Shown here: piece after piece, positions 1 to 11,088 of the stretch
How positions within the stretch are numbered: position 1 is the stretch's first letter
Layout: every line of letters starts with the position of its first letter
From: Tubiluchus corallicola
Taxonomy: Eukaryota; Animalia; Priapulida
Direction of reading: 5' to 3'
DNA: 17,140 nucleotides
NCBI GenBank assembly: GCA_030141605.1
Contig: JAQGDQ010001399.1
Span: 25,555 to 42,694, forward strand
Made by a program: the position numbers and the translations under genes
The notes under the pieces: generated by a model
Seen by the model: only the letters and a program-made list of their open reading frames with translations
The model's database searches: none
Told to the model about the DNA's origin: nothing

Positions 1-1159
1 TCAACATAAACTATGCTTATGTTGAAACCAATCAAGGTGATTATGATATGAGGCAAGACGAATGTCATCCAAAATGAATGCCATTTTCAAAATGGTTGAC
101 AATATCTTAACTGTTGAAGCAGTTAGTTTGACAACGTTGAGGTCAAATTACAGGCGAGGTTTTTAACTTCAAGAGGTCAGTTTCTGATGGCCAGAAACAC
201 ATATTACATCACATCAGTTAAGACATCAAGATGGCTGCCAAAATACTTGTAGAGTGGTTTGCAAAATCTTACACAGAAAAGAATGTTCTACAGTTTTTTG
301 CGTTGAACAGCTTTACATGTAATTGATCACTTGGAAACTATGTTGTAGAAATTTGCATTCTACTTGTTGATATTCTCCATATTGTGAAATATTGACCCCT
401 GCTTTTACTGATGGTGGAATGTAGAAAGACTATTTAACTTGTTTTATTGCCGTAAAAATTCTGTCCACAAACAGTGGTTATAAAAGCAACAAACAAATTA
501 TTGAGAAAACTTGCACTCAATAAACATAACCCTTAACATTACTGTATTTTGATCAACTAAACTTGTCTGCCTCGAGAGAATAAAGCTGCAAATTACATCA
601 CTAGAGATTCAGGTTTCTATTGGAAAGTACATCGTATTAATGCACACAGACCATAAATGGAAAGGTGTCCTGTACTCTTGGCTTCATTGAGCAGAGTAAA
701 GGTTGTTGCATAGAAAGAGCTGTCTTATGTTTTCTATATTCAACTAATCAAATGAGGAATTTCTCTTCAAAAATAAAATTAACAATTTAGTTTGGCCACT
801 AAAAAAATATAAAGGTTTTCCCTTAGAGACTTAATAAACTCACTCTTGATAATCACTATACAATCAGCCAAAAAGGCTTGCAGGTGGCAACATACATCAT
901 TTCAATACTTTAATGTAGTATTCTATTAAATAAACTTCACAAATAGTGCAAACAATCGCGTACTTTCTGCAATAAGCAACAACAGCTTTCAAACGAAATT
1001 CTCTGAAAACCCTATAGACATTTCGCGGCATTACTCAACTATTTAATTTTGTTAGTAACTCAACTAAATAAAAAGTCTGAGCATTTTTTTGCACAGCTAG
1101 AAAGAAAGTTTAATTCTATTTCAGTTTCTATCTTTTGAATTATTATAGATATTATTATA

Positions 1160-3760
1160 TATAATAATCTTTATTTGCCATTAAAATACATTGATAATCA
1201 CTGATAAAAACTTTACAGAGATAATCAATCAGTGTTAGTTAATAAAAACTTACACTGCTGAAGGCAAATGCGTCAGTGCAATCTAAACTACTGTGCAGTA
1301 ATGACAAATAAAATCAAACATATTTACAACTATGCACAAAAAAATGAAAAAAAACTATGATTTAATTAATATATATATATATGTGGTATATGAATTCTGA
1401 ATTAGTGTGTATGTTGTCGTACTGGTGTGATGGTATTTCATAACTGGTTAATATTAGTGATTTTAATTTTGTTTTAAATGCTGATAGGGGCTTGATTTGT
1501 TTAACCTGTAATGGTAGAGAATTCCATAGTAAAATTGCTTGTTTGATTACAGAGTTCGTTCCATAGTGGGTATTTGTCCTAATTTGTTTTAGATTGCTTT
1601 TTCTGGAATTAACGATAGGATTTGAAAAAAAGGTAAATCTGTTATTCTGGAATGGTTTGCTGATGTTGTTAATGTATTTAAAAATAAAAAGCGGAGTAAA
1701 ATATTCTTTGTGTGCTCCAATGATTGGGAACTTTAAAGTTTTTCTCAGGTTAGTTGTTGAAGCTTTGAATTTTGTCTACCTGCTTTATGTTTGTATGAGT
1801 ACCCAGCTATCAATCTCAACGCATAGTTTTGAAGGAGATTTAATTTTCTCTTTTGGTTTTTTGAAGTAGCATACATCCATATAAGAAGTGTGGTAGAACT
1901 AAAGTTTTATATATTAGTGTTTTAGTTTCCTTTGTTAGTTGCCCTTTAGCTTGTCGGAGATATGATGTGCTAGATGCCATTTTTGTGTATATGTTATTAA
2001 AGTGTTCATCCCATGAAAGATTATTGTCTACCTGTACGCCCAGGAATTTAACATTGTCAGTTTGTTGATGATGCATCATTAGTTGATTGAATATCTTTAT
2101 TGACATAAACATATGATAATAACAATGTAATAATTCATGTGTTAATTAATACTGTAAAATGTTATTAAAGCTGTTTCCAGCCCACTTGGGCTTACAAGTC
2201 AATTTCATGAAAATTTATCACATAATAACTGTGCAGTTCATTTACATAGAATATCAAATAAAAGAAAATATATAATATGGAATTTTAACATATACCTGAA
2301 TGGACAGTGTTTTTAATTAGTATCAGTAATCAGTAATCAATTATTAATTGATTAATTAATAGTATAATTAATCAGTAATTAGTATTTAATGAGGGTGACA
2401 GTATCATGAATTCTGTTTTGTCATTATTCATTTTAGCTTGTAATGACTAAATGCCATATTTATATTTTTTATATCTTCTTCTAAATAATTTTTTGCAGTT
2501 TGGACATTTTCATGGGCCATGTAGATTGTAGTGTCATCAGCGTTTTTCGTTATTTGTGAGTGTTTTAATACACTGGATATGTTGTTTATATATAGGCAAA
2601 ATAATAACGGACCTAGTAGTGTTCCTTGTGGTATACCTCTGTTTAACGTGGCCCAGTCAGAAAAGTTGGTTGTATCTATCTTTACTCGTTGTTGTCTATC
2701 TTTGAGATAATTTTGTATCAGTTTTAACGATATCGAATCTAATCCGATTTGTTTTAAATTATCGTAAAGTAGTTCGTGATTAATGCTATCGAAAGCTTTA
2801 CTTAAATCCAAAAATGCTGCTAAAATGTATTGCTTGTTGTCTAAACTATGTCTCCAATTTTCTGTTGTGTGTATTAGGGCGTCAATGGTTGAATGGTGTT
2901 TACAGAAGCCAAACTGATGTTTTGATAAAAGTTCATGTTTATTTACATATGAATTTATCTGATCATAAATTACCCTTTCCCAAACTTTGCCGAAACAATG
3001 GATTACGGAAATTGGGCGATAATTCATGGGATCACATTTTGGATCTTTTTTATGGATTGGAGTCACGTTTGCCATTTTACATACCGTTGGAAATTCGCCT
3101 CTCATAATTATCTGATTAGCAATGTAAGTCATATGCGGGGCTATTACAGATGCACTATCTTTTAGAATTTTGATAGGAATATCTGATGGTCCACTCCCTT
3201 TGTTGGAACTTAGGTTATTTAATATGTCGTTAATTTCTCCTACTGTGACGCTTTTGAATGAGAATACTGTGTTAGACGATTTGTTTTTTAATTTATTAAT
3301 TATATTATTGCTAATATGAGAAGCCACTCCCTTAAAATTTCCAAGATTCAGGAATATTGCATTTAGCGCGTTGGCAATATCTTTGGGTTTTGTAATAACA
3401 GTGTTGTTGATCTTAATTTCGTCAACAAGTGTTAGTTTGTTACGGCATTTATTTATTACATTGTTAATAATTTTCCATTTTCTTTGTTATTTGTTGCGTT
3501 TTACATTGTTGTTGTATATGTTTATTTTTCAAGCATTTATTAAGATCATTAAATTGATTTCTCTTTTTTTATAATTGTTATGATTATTTTTAGTTTTGTT
3601 CTTTTCCCATATATTATACATTCTGTTTTTCGCTATTCTTAGTTTGTCAAGTTCAGGTGTTGTCCAGGTACTTTCGTTATTGAGTTTGCTTTGTTGTGGG
3701 ATTTGCTTTACGTTTTTATATGGTGCATGTACATTTTTATATGTGCATTAAGATATGGTT
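1160..3760 (-). mobile_element. 5'-truncated, frameshifted non-LTR retrotransposon (CR1/L2-group LINE): ORF2 linker, RT, C-terminus and 3' UTR
   Basis: Minus-strand pieces occur in the expected order: HAPYK..TWTTPELDKL (~3730-3640), WKIINN, DIANALN, RT core 3327-2428, KTEFMIL after a frameshift (~2420-2400), VKFLGVQVDNNLSWDEH and LIYKTLVLPHFLYG (2112-1840), then IRTNTHYGTNS..LLWNSLP..AFKTKLK (~1585-1465). It ends at GGCAAATAAAGATTATT near 1179-1163. Boundaries are approximate. Confidence 0.85.
2428..3327 (-). pseudogene. LINE reverse transcriptase core, probably inactive
   Basis: Motifs ANVTPIHKK, NYRPIS, QFGF..HST, FLDLSKAFDSINH and GIPQGTLLGPLLF are present. The catalytic YADD reads NADD, and the ORF ends prematurely at a frameshift in an A-run. 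Confidence 0.88.
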
Positions 3761-3834
3761 GCTCCACAATGCTATCATATACGTTTCTACAATATTAAGA
3801 CACGTGTTCTACTTCCCCCTCCACATGTATGATC

Positions 3835-4310
3835 TTGTTCACTGGTTCAGTGCATGCCCAACATAGGGGTGTGCAATTAGCTACTAACTCACCCTACTCC
3901 AGTGTTGTAGATGTCACTTCCTTAACAGAACGTTGCAGATGTGGAAATTCATTCCCTATTAGGAGGACTCCTACACAACTTTTTCTTGAACGTCATGGGA
4001 AGGCTATTTGCTTCAAGCGTGATGCTGCTTTGAGCTTGCTGCTGTACGGGATGTGTCCATATTTTAAGATTACTGAAGCTGTCCTTCACTCCTTCTATAG
4101 AAAAAATCTTCAACTTTCAGGGAATGATTCAATCCTTCTTTACTCCCAAGTACCATTGATGTTTCATTGCTCTATCGTTTACAGGCAGATGAAGTTTGTG
4201 GGCAATGCTAGCACATAGCTATTACTTGATCCATCATCTAGCATAGTTACAGTTTTCACATATCTGTTCCCATAGTGAAGTATTACAAGAGAAATGAATT
4301 CTCCAAAGTT
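3835..4310 (-). mobile_element. Decayed BEL/Pao-type LTR retrotransposon fragment (aspartic protease region)
   Basis: Hand translation of the minus strand gives LVILHYGNRYVKTVTMLDDGSSNSYV (LDDGS at 4241-4227), then IAHKLHLP after a frameshift, then LKQIAFP*..VGVLLIGNEFPHLQRSVKEV...VANCTPLCWACTEP. This matches the BEL/Pao series LD(S/D)GS ... LLIG.D ... TPLGW. It has stops and frameshifts. It may extend to ~4460 as a gag remnant. Confidence 0.65.
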
Positions 4311-4529
4311 GGCATTTGCATAATCTAGTTACTCTGACAACTTTGTATGTTGCCAGTGTCAGTTTCCTCTAGCCTGCATCTATCCATTGTAGAAGAACTA
4401 GATTTTCTGCACTTCTGTACCAAAGCATGATTTGGAAATCCAGTTCCATTCTTCTTGTGTTGTATAATTAGACAGTCACAAGCAGTGGGGCCTCTCCCTG
4501 GGCAGATTTTGCAAAGCAGATTTTGTGAA

Positions 4530-4730
4530 GTTCTTTTGTCACCTTACATCTGGTCCATCTCATTTTCATTAGGCTTATATTTTAATGATCTTATTAGGTC
4601 TGGCCCATCAATTATGAGGTCTTCCATTAATCCCCCATTTTATGCTGACGATCTGTGTCTACTTGCTCCTTCTACACAGGTACTGCAAAAATTGCTTGAT
4701 TGCTGTAAAGATTTCGTTACATTTTGCTGA
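4530..4730 (+). mobile_element. Short fragment of a second, different LINE reverse transcriptase (RTE-X-like wording; clade uncertain)
   Basis: Reads LLSPY....YFNDL....FYADDLCLLAPSTQVLQKLLDCC, with an intact YADD at 4641-4652. The strand is opposite to the upstream LINE. Confidence 0.7.
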
Positions 4731-5133
4731 AGTGAATAAAAATAGCTCAAAACATTGCAATATGCAGATAGTGTGACTGTTAATTTGACTAACGTTTTAT
4801 GGTTGCTAACATCATTCTGTTGTTAATATGTTTACATTATCACTACCACTGTAGTGTATTGTTCTATTCCTAAGCAAAATCGTTAAACTTCTATTATGTT
4901 GTGCGTATGTCATTGTTGTAAGTAAAATCTGGTTAGTATCAAAAAGAAATAAGACAATACTACTGAAATAGATACAAAACACCAGTTTAACGTGTTGACC
5001 AAAAGTTTCTTTATTCTGAAATACAATTATTAACTTTTAGTTTAATACCTAACGCAAAGACTATAGCAGCGTTTAGCCTACTGTATGTTTATCAAACGCA
5101 AAGCAGCTTTTTGCTGAATTAAAACTATAAGCA

Positions 5134-5405
5134 ATAATGGATGACGTCACTACAATGCCTTTGCGTCAGCAGTTTTCTAAGGCGAAAATTGTCGAAAATA
5201 AAACACGTAATTAACTCGTCGATACTCCTCTCGGTGGACCTGTCCTAACATATAACCCATATCATCGTATAGCCCCGTTCTCCCTCTTTCTAAAGAGCCA
5301 TATATCTCCTTCCGAGAGTCCCACCAGGTGCCGCTAGAACATTTTTTTTACAGGGTATTTGGTCAAAATTTCGAAAAAACCTCGAGTTGTGTCCGGGAAA
5401 ACGCC
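5134..5405. repeat. Imperfect direct repeat, copy 1 (~270 bp)
   Basis: Aligns by eye to 5860-6128, from ATAAT(G/C)GATGACGTCA to CGGGAAAACGCC. The copies share a long identical core (AACACGTAATTAACTCGTCGATACTCCTCTCGGTGGACCTGTCCTAACATATAACCCATATCATCGT). Confidence 0.93.
5142..5149. promoter_or_regulatory. Perfect CRE palindrome TGACGTCA in repeat copy 1
   Basis: Exact consensus match, followed ~12 nt later by TGCGTCAGCA. Function not shown. Confidence 0.3.
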
Positions 5406-5654
5406 CATTGCGGGACGCCGTGGCCCTGTCGTGAATTCTAAATACGGCTATGACATGCACCGCTGAACGGGCTATCTATCCATGGCCAGCACTACCCATG
5501 GCCCGTTCCCGTTTTTCAGAAATAAGAAGTACAAGTTTTGCAAAAAACGGCTGAAAATGGCCATTTTTGGAGGTTTTTCGCCCCCCGTTCCTCCCGGTGG
5601 GCCCGATTCGAAAAATAAACCTCCAATAGCACGACACAAGATTGATACCTTTCG

Positions 5655-5738
5655 TTTGATGTATAGATCGCCGTGAATGGTGCCCTCGTCGAAGCTGTAG
5701 CCTCGAATCTTATATATATATATATATGTGTGTGTGTG
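5655..5738 (+). repeat. Dispersed repeat end motif followed by (TA)8(TG)6
   Basis: TTTGATGTATAGATCGCCGTGAATGGTGCCCTCGTCGAAGCTGTAGCC followed by a compound microsatellite; similar to 14169-14261. Confidence 0.75.
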
Positions 5739-5859
5739 TAACATACCAGTAGAAATAATATATACGACTAGCAAATGCCCCTCAAAAAATTGCGAATAAA
5801 TACACTCATAAACAAAAATACGCGAACATCCTACCTATTATCTGTTTACTTCGATGAGT

Positions 5860-6128
5860 ATAATCGATGACGTCAGAACAATGGCTTGCGTCAGCAGTTT
5901 TCCAAGCGAAAATTGTCGAAAATAGAACACGTAATTAACTCGTCGATACTCCTCTCGGTGGACCTGTCCTAACATATAACCCATATCATCGTGTAGCCCT
6001 GTTCTTCCTCTTTCTAAAGAGCCATATATCTCCTCCGAGAGTCCTACCAGGCGCCGCTAGAATGTTTTTTCCGCATGCTGTTTGGTCAAAATTTCGAAAA
6101 ATTCGCGAGTTGGGTGCGGGAAAACGCC
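5860..6128. repeat. Imperfect direct repeat, copy 2
   Basis: Second copy of 5134-5405 at an offset of ~726 bp, with scattered substitutions and small indels. Confidence 0.93.
5868..5875. promoter_or_regulatory. Perfect CRE palindrome TGACGTCA in repeat copy 2
   Basis: Exact consensus match ~1.1 kb upstream of the EXTL3-like ATG, also followed by TGCGTCAGCA. Function not shown. Confidence 0.3.
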
Positions 6129-6985
6129 TTACGTTGTTAGAGCCTTTAGTTAGAGCCTTACAGTTACAAAGACAGGAATCAGAACTGCAAGTAGCCTTAA
6201 GAACAACAATGTCACAGCAATAAATTCGTAAGAAATTCACCATCATAATGCCTAAGAAAAATAGAGCAATGGCAGAGAGAACCAAAAGACAGGTAAAACA
6301 TCATTAGGTGCTTCAATTTTAAAAGAGTGATTACTGTAAAAAGCTAAATGCATACTAAATAAACAAACAGGTGGCTGCACTGTGGCAATAATTGAAAACT
6401 AAATTAAAACCAAAAAGGGCATATGCAAACACTGCAACTACTAACGCATTTTGTATTATATATACTGTGTTTTGTTTTGCGTTTTGTAAATCGTAACTTA
6501 TATTACGTCTTTATGTAAAGAAGGTTTTATTACTGTGACGACTAACAAATTATAAATAAAGTATCTTATTTTACGGTTATCTTGTTTTGATAAAGAAAGA
6601 ACAATTTACACTACTTCGAGAAGCCATAAACGATTTACAAACATCAAATTTTTAAAATTTGATAGCGTTTTCAAGCCGAAATTTAGTGCCCCGCGCGCAC
6701 AAAATCAAACTTAAATATGTAAACCGGGTTTTGCTTTTTTCTGCTCTCATGTCTGCTTTTGTTAACTATGCCGACTTCCCGTAACTGTTTTGGTCTGCAA
6801 CGCACACATTTAATTTCAAATGAGAATAAGTTATTGCTTGTGCAGCAAAAGCAGCAGCTTGTTAACTTTCATGTTAAGTTAAACAGTGCGCTGGACTGTT
6901 AGTAATTCAATTTTGTAACACGAAAATAGTTTTTTTCATTTTTACAAAGTTGTTTACAAGGTTTGTGTTGTAGTACGCTAACAGT

Positions 6986-8480
6986 ATGAAAAAATCGTCG
7001 TTCTTGTCATTGTATCAGAGATGCGTCAATAATAGGAATGCAACAAGATTAGGGGTTATTTCTTTCTTTGTTTATGCCTCATTATTTTGCAGTGAACAAT
7101 TTGCTTTTAATAAAAATCACCAGGTGAATACGATACTCAATGAAAAGGAAAGTACCAGCACAGAACTGAAAATGCAGCTACATGGGTTAAAAAGGGTCAA
7201 AGGAGAAAGAGAAACGCAAAATCATGCGCTGACGAGTGCGAACAATTCAATAATATTTAATAATGCACTAAGGCAATCAAATGTAAATCTCTATGGAATG
7301 TGTGATATTAATAATTGCATTGATTTTACAGACTGTTCGTTGTCTACAATGTTTACTATATATGCCTATTTACCAGATAAGAACATGAATGATGTTCTCA
7401 GAGACTCAATCAACAAAGCGCTTTCAAAAAACGTTCATATTACAAAAGACCCCACAAGAGCTTGTATATTTATAGTATTTGTAGAAAACGTGACAAAGAC
7501 GCACTTGCAGTTTACGCTTTCTTCTTTGCCATATTGGAATGGCGATGGTAAAAATCACATTGTTTTTCACGTGTCATATAAACCAGAGCATCTTCGAGAC
7601 GGCATTACAAGTTTTGCTGGTCGAGCTATGATAGCTCAAAGTAACTTCCTTAGCAATAATTTTAGACATGATTTTGATATGATTATACCAAATTTACCAG
7701 AAGAATCTCACCATGCTGCGTACAAAGCACCGCAAGTTCCAGCAAAGAGGAAATATTTGCTTTCGTTTTGCGGAGAATATGTATCTGATATATTTTCCAA
7801 ACGAGGCTTTGGTGATGTTCTCGCATTCCAAGGCACAATAACTGAACCTTTAAAATTTTTGGACCCAAGTTATATTATCAAGGTATTAAAAGAGGTAAAG
7901 TCACTTGCTCACAGAGATTTTTATTTCGACTTTTACTGCCAAAGTGCATCTAAAAGAAGCAATGAAATATATACCCCATTTGGATGGAATCTGTGTGGAA
8001 ATGAAGTCGATCGATCACTTATTTTACGCAGATCGACATTTTCTTTATTGGTTTCTCCAAACAATGGAAGCATTGTTTCTACTGCTTTGACCAGCCAACG
8101 TTTAATGGAGTCACTAAAATATGGGGCTATACCCGTGATAATTGGATCTGTTAAGCTGCCATTTTCTGAACATATTAATTGGAAAAAGATTGTTTTTACT
8201 TTACTGCCAGCACGCCTTTCAGAGTTGAACTTTTTTCTGAACTCTATCCCAAATGGTGATATTGTTTTAATGAGACAACAAGGTTGGATTACTTGGGAAC
8301 GTTATTTTTCAACTAGTCAGGCTGTCATAGATGCAACATTGGCGCAGGTTCGAGCAAGGTTACATTTTCCACAGTCTTGTTTAGCAGGTGACTGCAATGA
8401 GGAGGATGCTTTTTTGTACCCACCGCACTCTCAATTTTTGGACAATGATGCTGAATTTATGCAAAATGCTGAATTTACAG
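6986..8480 (+). CDS. EXTL3: Exostosin-like 3 (EXTL3/botv-type) glycosyltransferase, coding exon 1: N-terminal type II membrane anchor, stem and GT47 exostosin domain
   Basis: The 506-aa ORF carries motifs characteristic of EXTL3: CDINNCIDFTDCS..F.IYAY, LPYWNGDGKNHIVF, GRAMIAQSNF..FRHDFD, PQVPAKRKYLLSFCGE, WNLCG..DR..ILRRSTFSL, RLMESLKYGAIPVIIG, MRQQG..TWERYFST. A hydrophobic segment LGVISFFVYASLFC lies near the N-terminus. The donor ACAG|GTAAAT is at 8480/8481 (1495 nt, phase 1). Orthologue versus paralogue cannot be resolved here. Confidence 0.9.
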
Positions 8481-9591
8481 GTAAATGTCATTTTGTTAAA
8501 TCTTAGTCTTACCATTTTTGTGTAATAACAATGAGTAATTACAATGCATGCATAAGTGTGTGTACAATGCAACCTTATCTTGTAATGATGATAAATAAAC
8601 TTATAAACTATAACAGTCTTTGTTCTCTTACTTAAACTTCTCCATGACAGGTATAACTGCAACATGGTTTTGAATGATCAGGGGCCAGATTCATGTACAC
8701 GTCATAAATTTGTGCACTTAAGCGTATTGTCTTTTGAAATATCTAATACAGTGTCGTAAACCGTGTTGATCTAGCTGTCTTAGGGTGCACTTCTTGAGTC
8801 CATCTTGCTAGTTTGTCGTAACTTTGCTCTTAAGCCTGAGATGTACTATTGGTGCACTTACGGAGGAAGTGATCTGAAACATATTCTAGAGACATTTTTT
8901 GGGCAAAAACAGTGCTATACAATGCACACTTCTTAGCTATCTGCTAAATTGTAAACAACCTAAACATCACTAAACATCATTGCACAATTCACTTGCCACC
9001 CTAAAAGGTTGAAATAGTGGTCGACAGAATGCTTGGATATGATTGTGTCGTAAAGATTGTAAAATATTTTTCAAAATTGTTAACATTGTGTATATAAGTA
9101 CTCTTGTGCTTAACTTTAAAAGTTTTGGCTAAAAAACAAAGCCACGCTGATGAACCATCCAAATGCTGATCAGCCCAGGGCAAATTAAGGTCGATTCATC
9201 TTTTAACTGGAATTTCACCTTAAAATAGAGTAGACTTGAGGCCAAAGTGTATCAGAGCCTTGAGTGTGGATAGTTGAAATTTTCTGCATTAGTAGCTTTC
9301 ACACAAGTGATACTGTACTTTGTCACAGTGCAAACACTTCAGTTGCTGAAAGCTTTTTTTCAATTTATTTGTCAAGAGTCGATTATTAATTTGTCAAAGA
9401 TAAGCAAATGCATATCAAATGCAATTTTGCATGAACCCATGCAAAATGCAACAAATGCTTGTGATCATGTGCAGCTAATAGTCCTGAAGATTTAAAAATT
9501 CGGGGACCGTAATGGAGAACACATTGCATATCTTGTTCATAGGCCTGTTGAAGATGATTATATCACATTTCGAAATATTTTACTTTTTTAG

Positions 9592-9746
9592 TTGTTATGA
9601 TGACACACAAACGGCACTGGTTGTTATTAAAGTCTTTAGAAACATTAAGGGACTTACCACATCTTAATAAGGTGTTAGTTATATGGAATGACCAGGAAAC
9701 ACCACCTGATCAAATAACGTGGCCGCAAATTGGAGTTCCTATAGCG
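9592..9746 (+). CDS. EXTL3: EXTL3-like coding exon 2, start of GT64 domain
   Basis: Acceptor TACTTTTTTAG| ends at 9591 and donor GCG|GTAAGT starts at 9747. The 155 nt complete the phase-1 codon and read EFT|VVMMTHKRHWLLLKSLETLRDLPHLNKVLVIWNDQETPPDQITWPQIGVPIA, matching the EXTL3 pattern FTVVMLTY..L..LP.LNKV.V.WN....WP.IGVPI. Confidence 0.92.
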
Positions 9747-10882
9747 GTAAGTGCTACCACTTGTTTTGTGTTAAAAGCTCTGCCAATCATGTATCTATGC
9801 CTGTGATGATCTGGTGTAGTTGATTTATAGTTAGGTATCAGGTTGTTTATACACGTCATGTGTAGGTCTCAGACTGATCGATCACATATTGTTTGTAGTA
9901 TGTTGGTGAGCTAACTAAGCCGCTTGATATTGGTTTTTTGCAAATGTTGATAACACCAGAAGGCATTACTAGTTCAAAAAAGAATTGGGCAAGTTCCTGT
10001 CAAGTACATATCAAGTTTGTTTTAGGCTTGGTAATCTTTTCAAGTAAACATAGACCAACTTTAATAAAGTGTTTGTTAAAAAGTGTCTGCTTTTTTAATT
10101 ATAGATTACTAATTATACTTGTATTTACAGTTTTGCCCTTATTCATTATCTCCCTCATATTACAGGGTTTTTACGTAAAATTTGTAAGTCATACAAATTA
10201 TTGCTGTTCTTATAACCTTATTGTTTTCCGATATTCTTTATAATGACTTACAAAGGTGCGGTCAGTAGTATTCAATATTTTTTTATATATTTTTCGTTGT
10301 CAATTCACGTAGCTGTAATGTTGATTATTCTGGTCGGACGTGTAATGGTTTTAAAAGCATATTTGGCAAACATTTCACCAAGAAAGATTTCAGTGCATTA
10401 TCAGTTTCATGATTTAATAAATTCATGCTGAAATTGCTGGCTACAAAGAAATATTTTGACTGACTGTTCGCCTCTCTGTAATATCGAAAAACCTTGTCAG
10501 TAAATTGTAATGGGCCTAGAGGGTGACGTACAGAGACAGCAACTATATACTTATCATTATTATCAATAAAAGTGGCAAAAATATCGCCTTCAGAAAGAGT
10601 GCTAAATCATTAAGTAGTAAATCTAGATCATTTCAAATTAAAATGCCACTCCTCCACTTCCTTTATTGATTTTCCTATTAATAAAACAGCATTACAACCT
10701 GGTAAAGAATCTATATCGTTTTGTTTTACTTACTTGCCTACACAACCAGCACCTATCTGAATTATATCCATTAAACTGTTGACCTGGCAAATGTGAAAGA
10801 ACAAAATGTCCCGTGTTTAATCTTGTCTCACTTTATTGCCTCTTCAGATGACTGTTGAAAATTCGATAATATTTTTAATTTG

Positions 10883-10906
10883 AAGCTATGTAAGCTATGT
10901 AAGCTA
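10883..10906. repeat. 9-bp tandem repeat (AAGCTATGT), about 2.7 copies
   Basis: Read directly. Confidence 0.8.
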
Positions 10907-11088
10907 AATGAATTCAGTTGGATAAAGCAAAATCTTTATTCGTGTTCATGTAGATTTTTGTGTAGCTAAAATTGGTAGTTTAATAAGCTTGCTGCCAAAA
11001 TAATGAATAATAATAACTGCCGGGTAATTGTCGCTGTTGGAGAAATTTGTCATGGTAGAAAGTCCTGTAAAGAAGGGAAGTTTGCTAG

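Noticed and set aside
60-245. CAAAATGG/CAAGATGGCTGCC (YY1-like) motifs and a small hairpin at 180-198
   Set aside because: Probably a remnant of a repeat cut by the window start; no boundaries or function can be supported.
1151-1168. 18-bp AT-only palindrome at the LINE 3' end
   Set aside because: Low-complexity AT sequence, consistent with a LINE tail.
1269-1279. 11-mer GCACTGACGCA shared between the LINE 3' UTR (minus strand) and the repeat arm (11222-11232)
   Set aside because: Isolated 11-mer matches are expected by chance in 17 kb, and the flanks do not align.
5134-6128. Direct repeats as LTRs of a TRIM-like element
   Set aside because: No matching TG...CA ends in both copies, and no recognisable primer-binding site, polypurine tract or TSD.
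6986-8506. Treating the 506-aa ORF as a complete single-exon gene
   Set aside because: A good donor at 8481 and three downstream in-phase exons continue the EXTL3 homology; the last 8 residues are intron read-through.
8680-8880. GGGGCCAGATTCA start with repeated GTGCACTT, reminiscent of a Harbinger-type MITE
   Set aside because: No matching second terminal inverted repeat or TSD was found.
10445-10459. AAAGAAATATTTTGA as a degenerate TIR partner of the arm's inner end at 12427
   Set aside because: Short, AT-rich, gapped match with no TSD; expected by chance.
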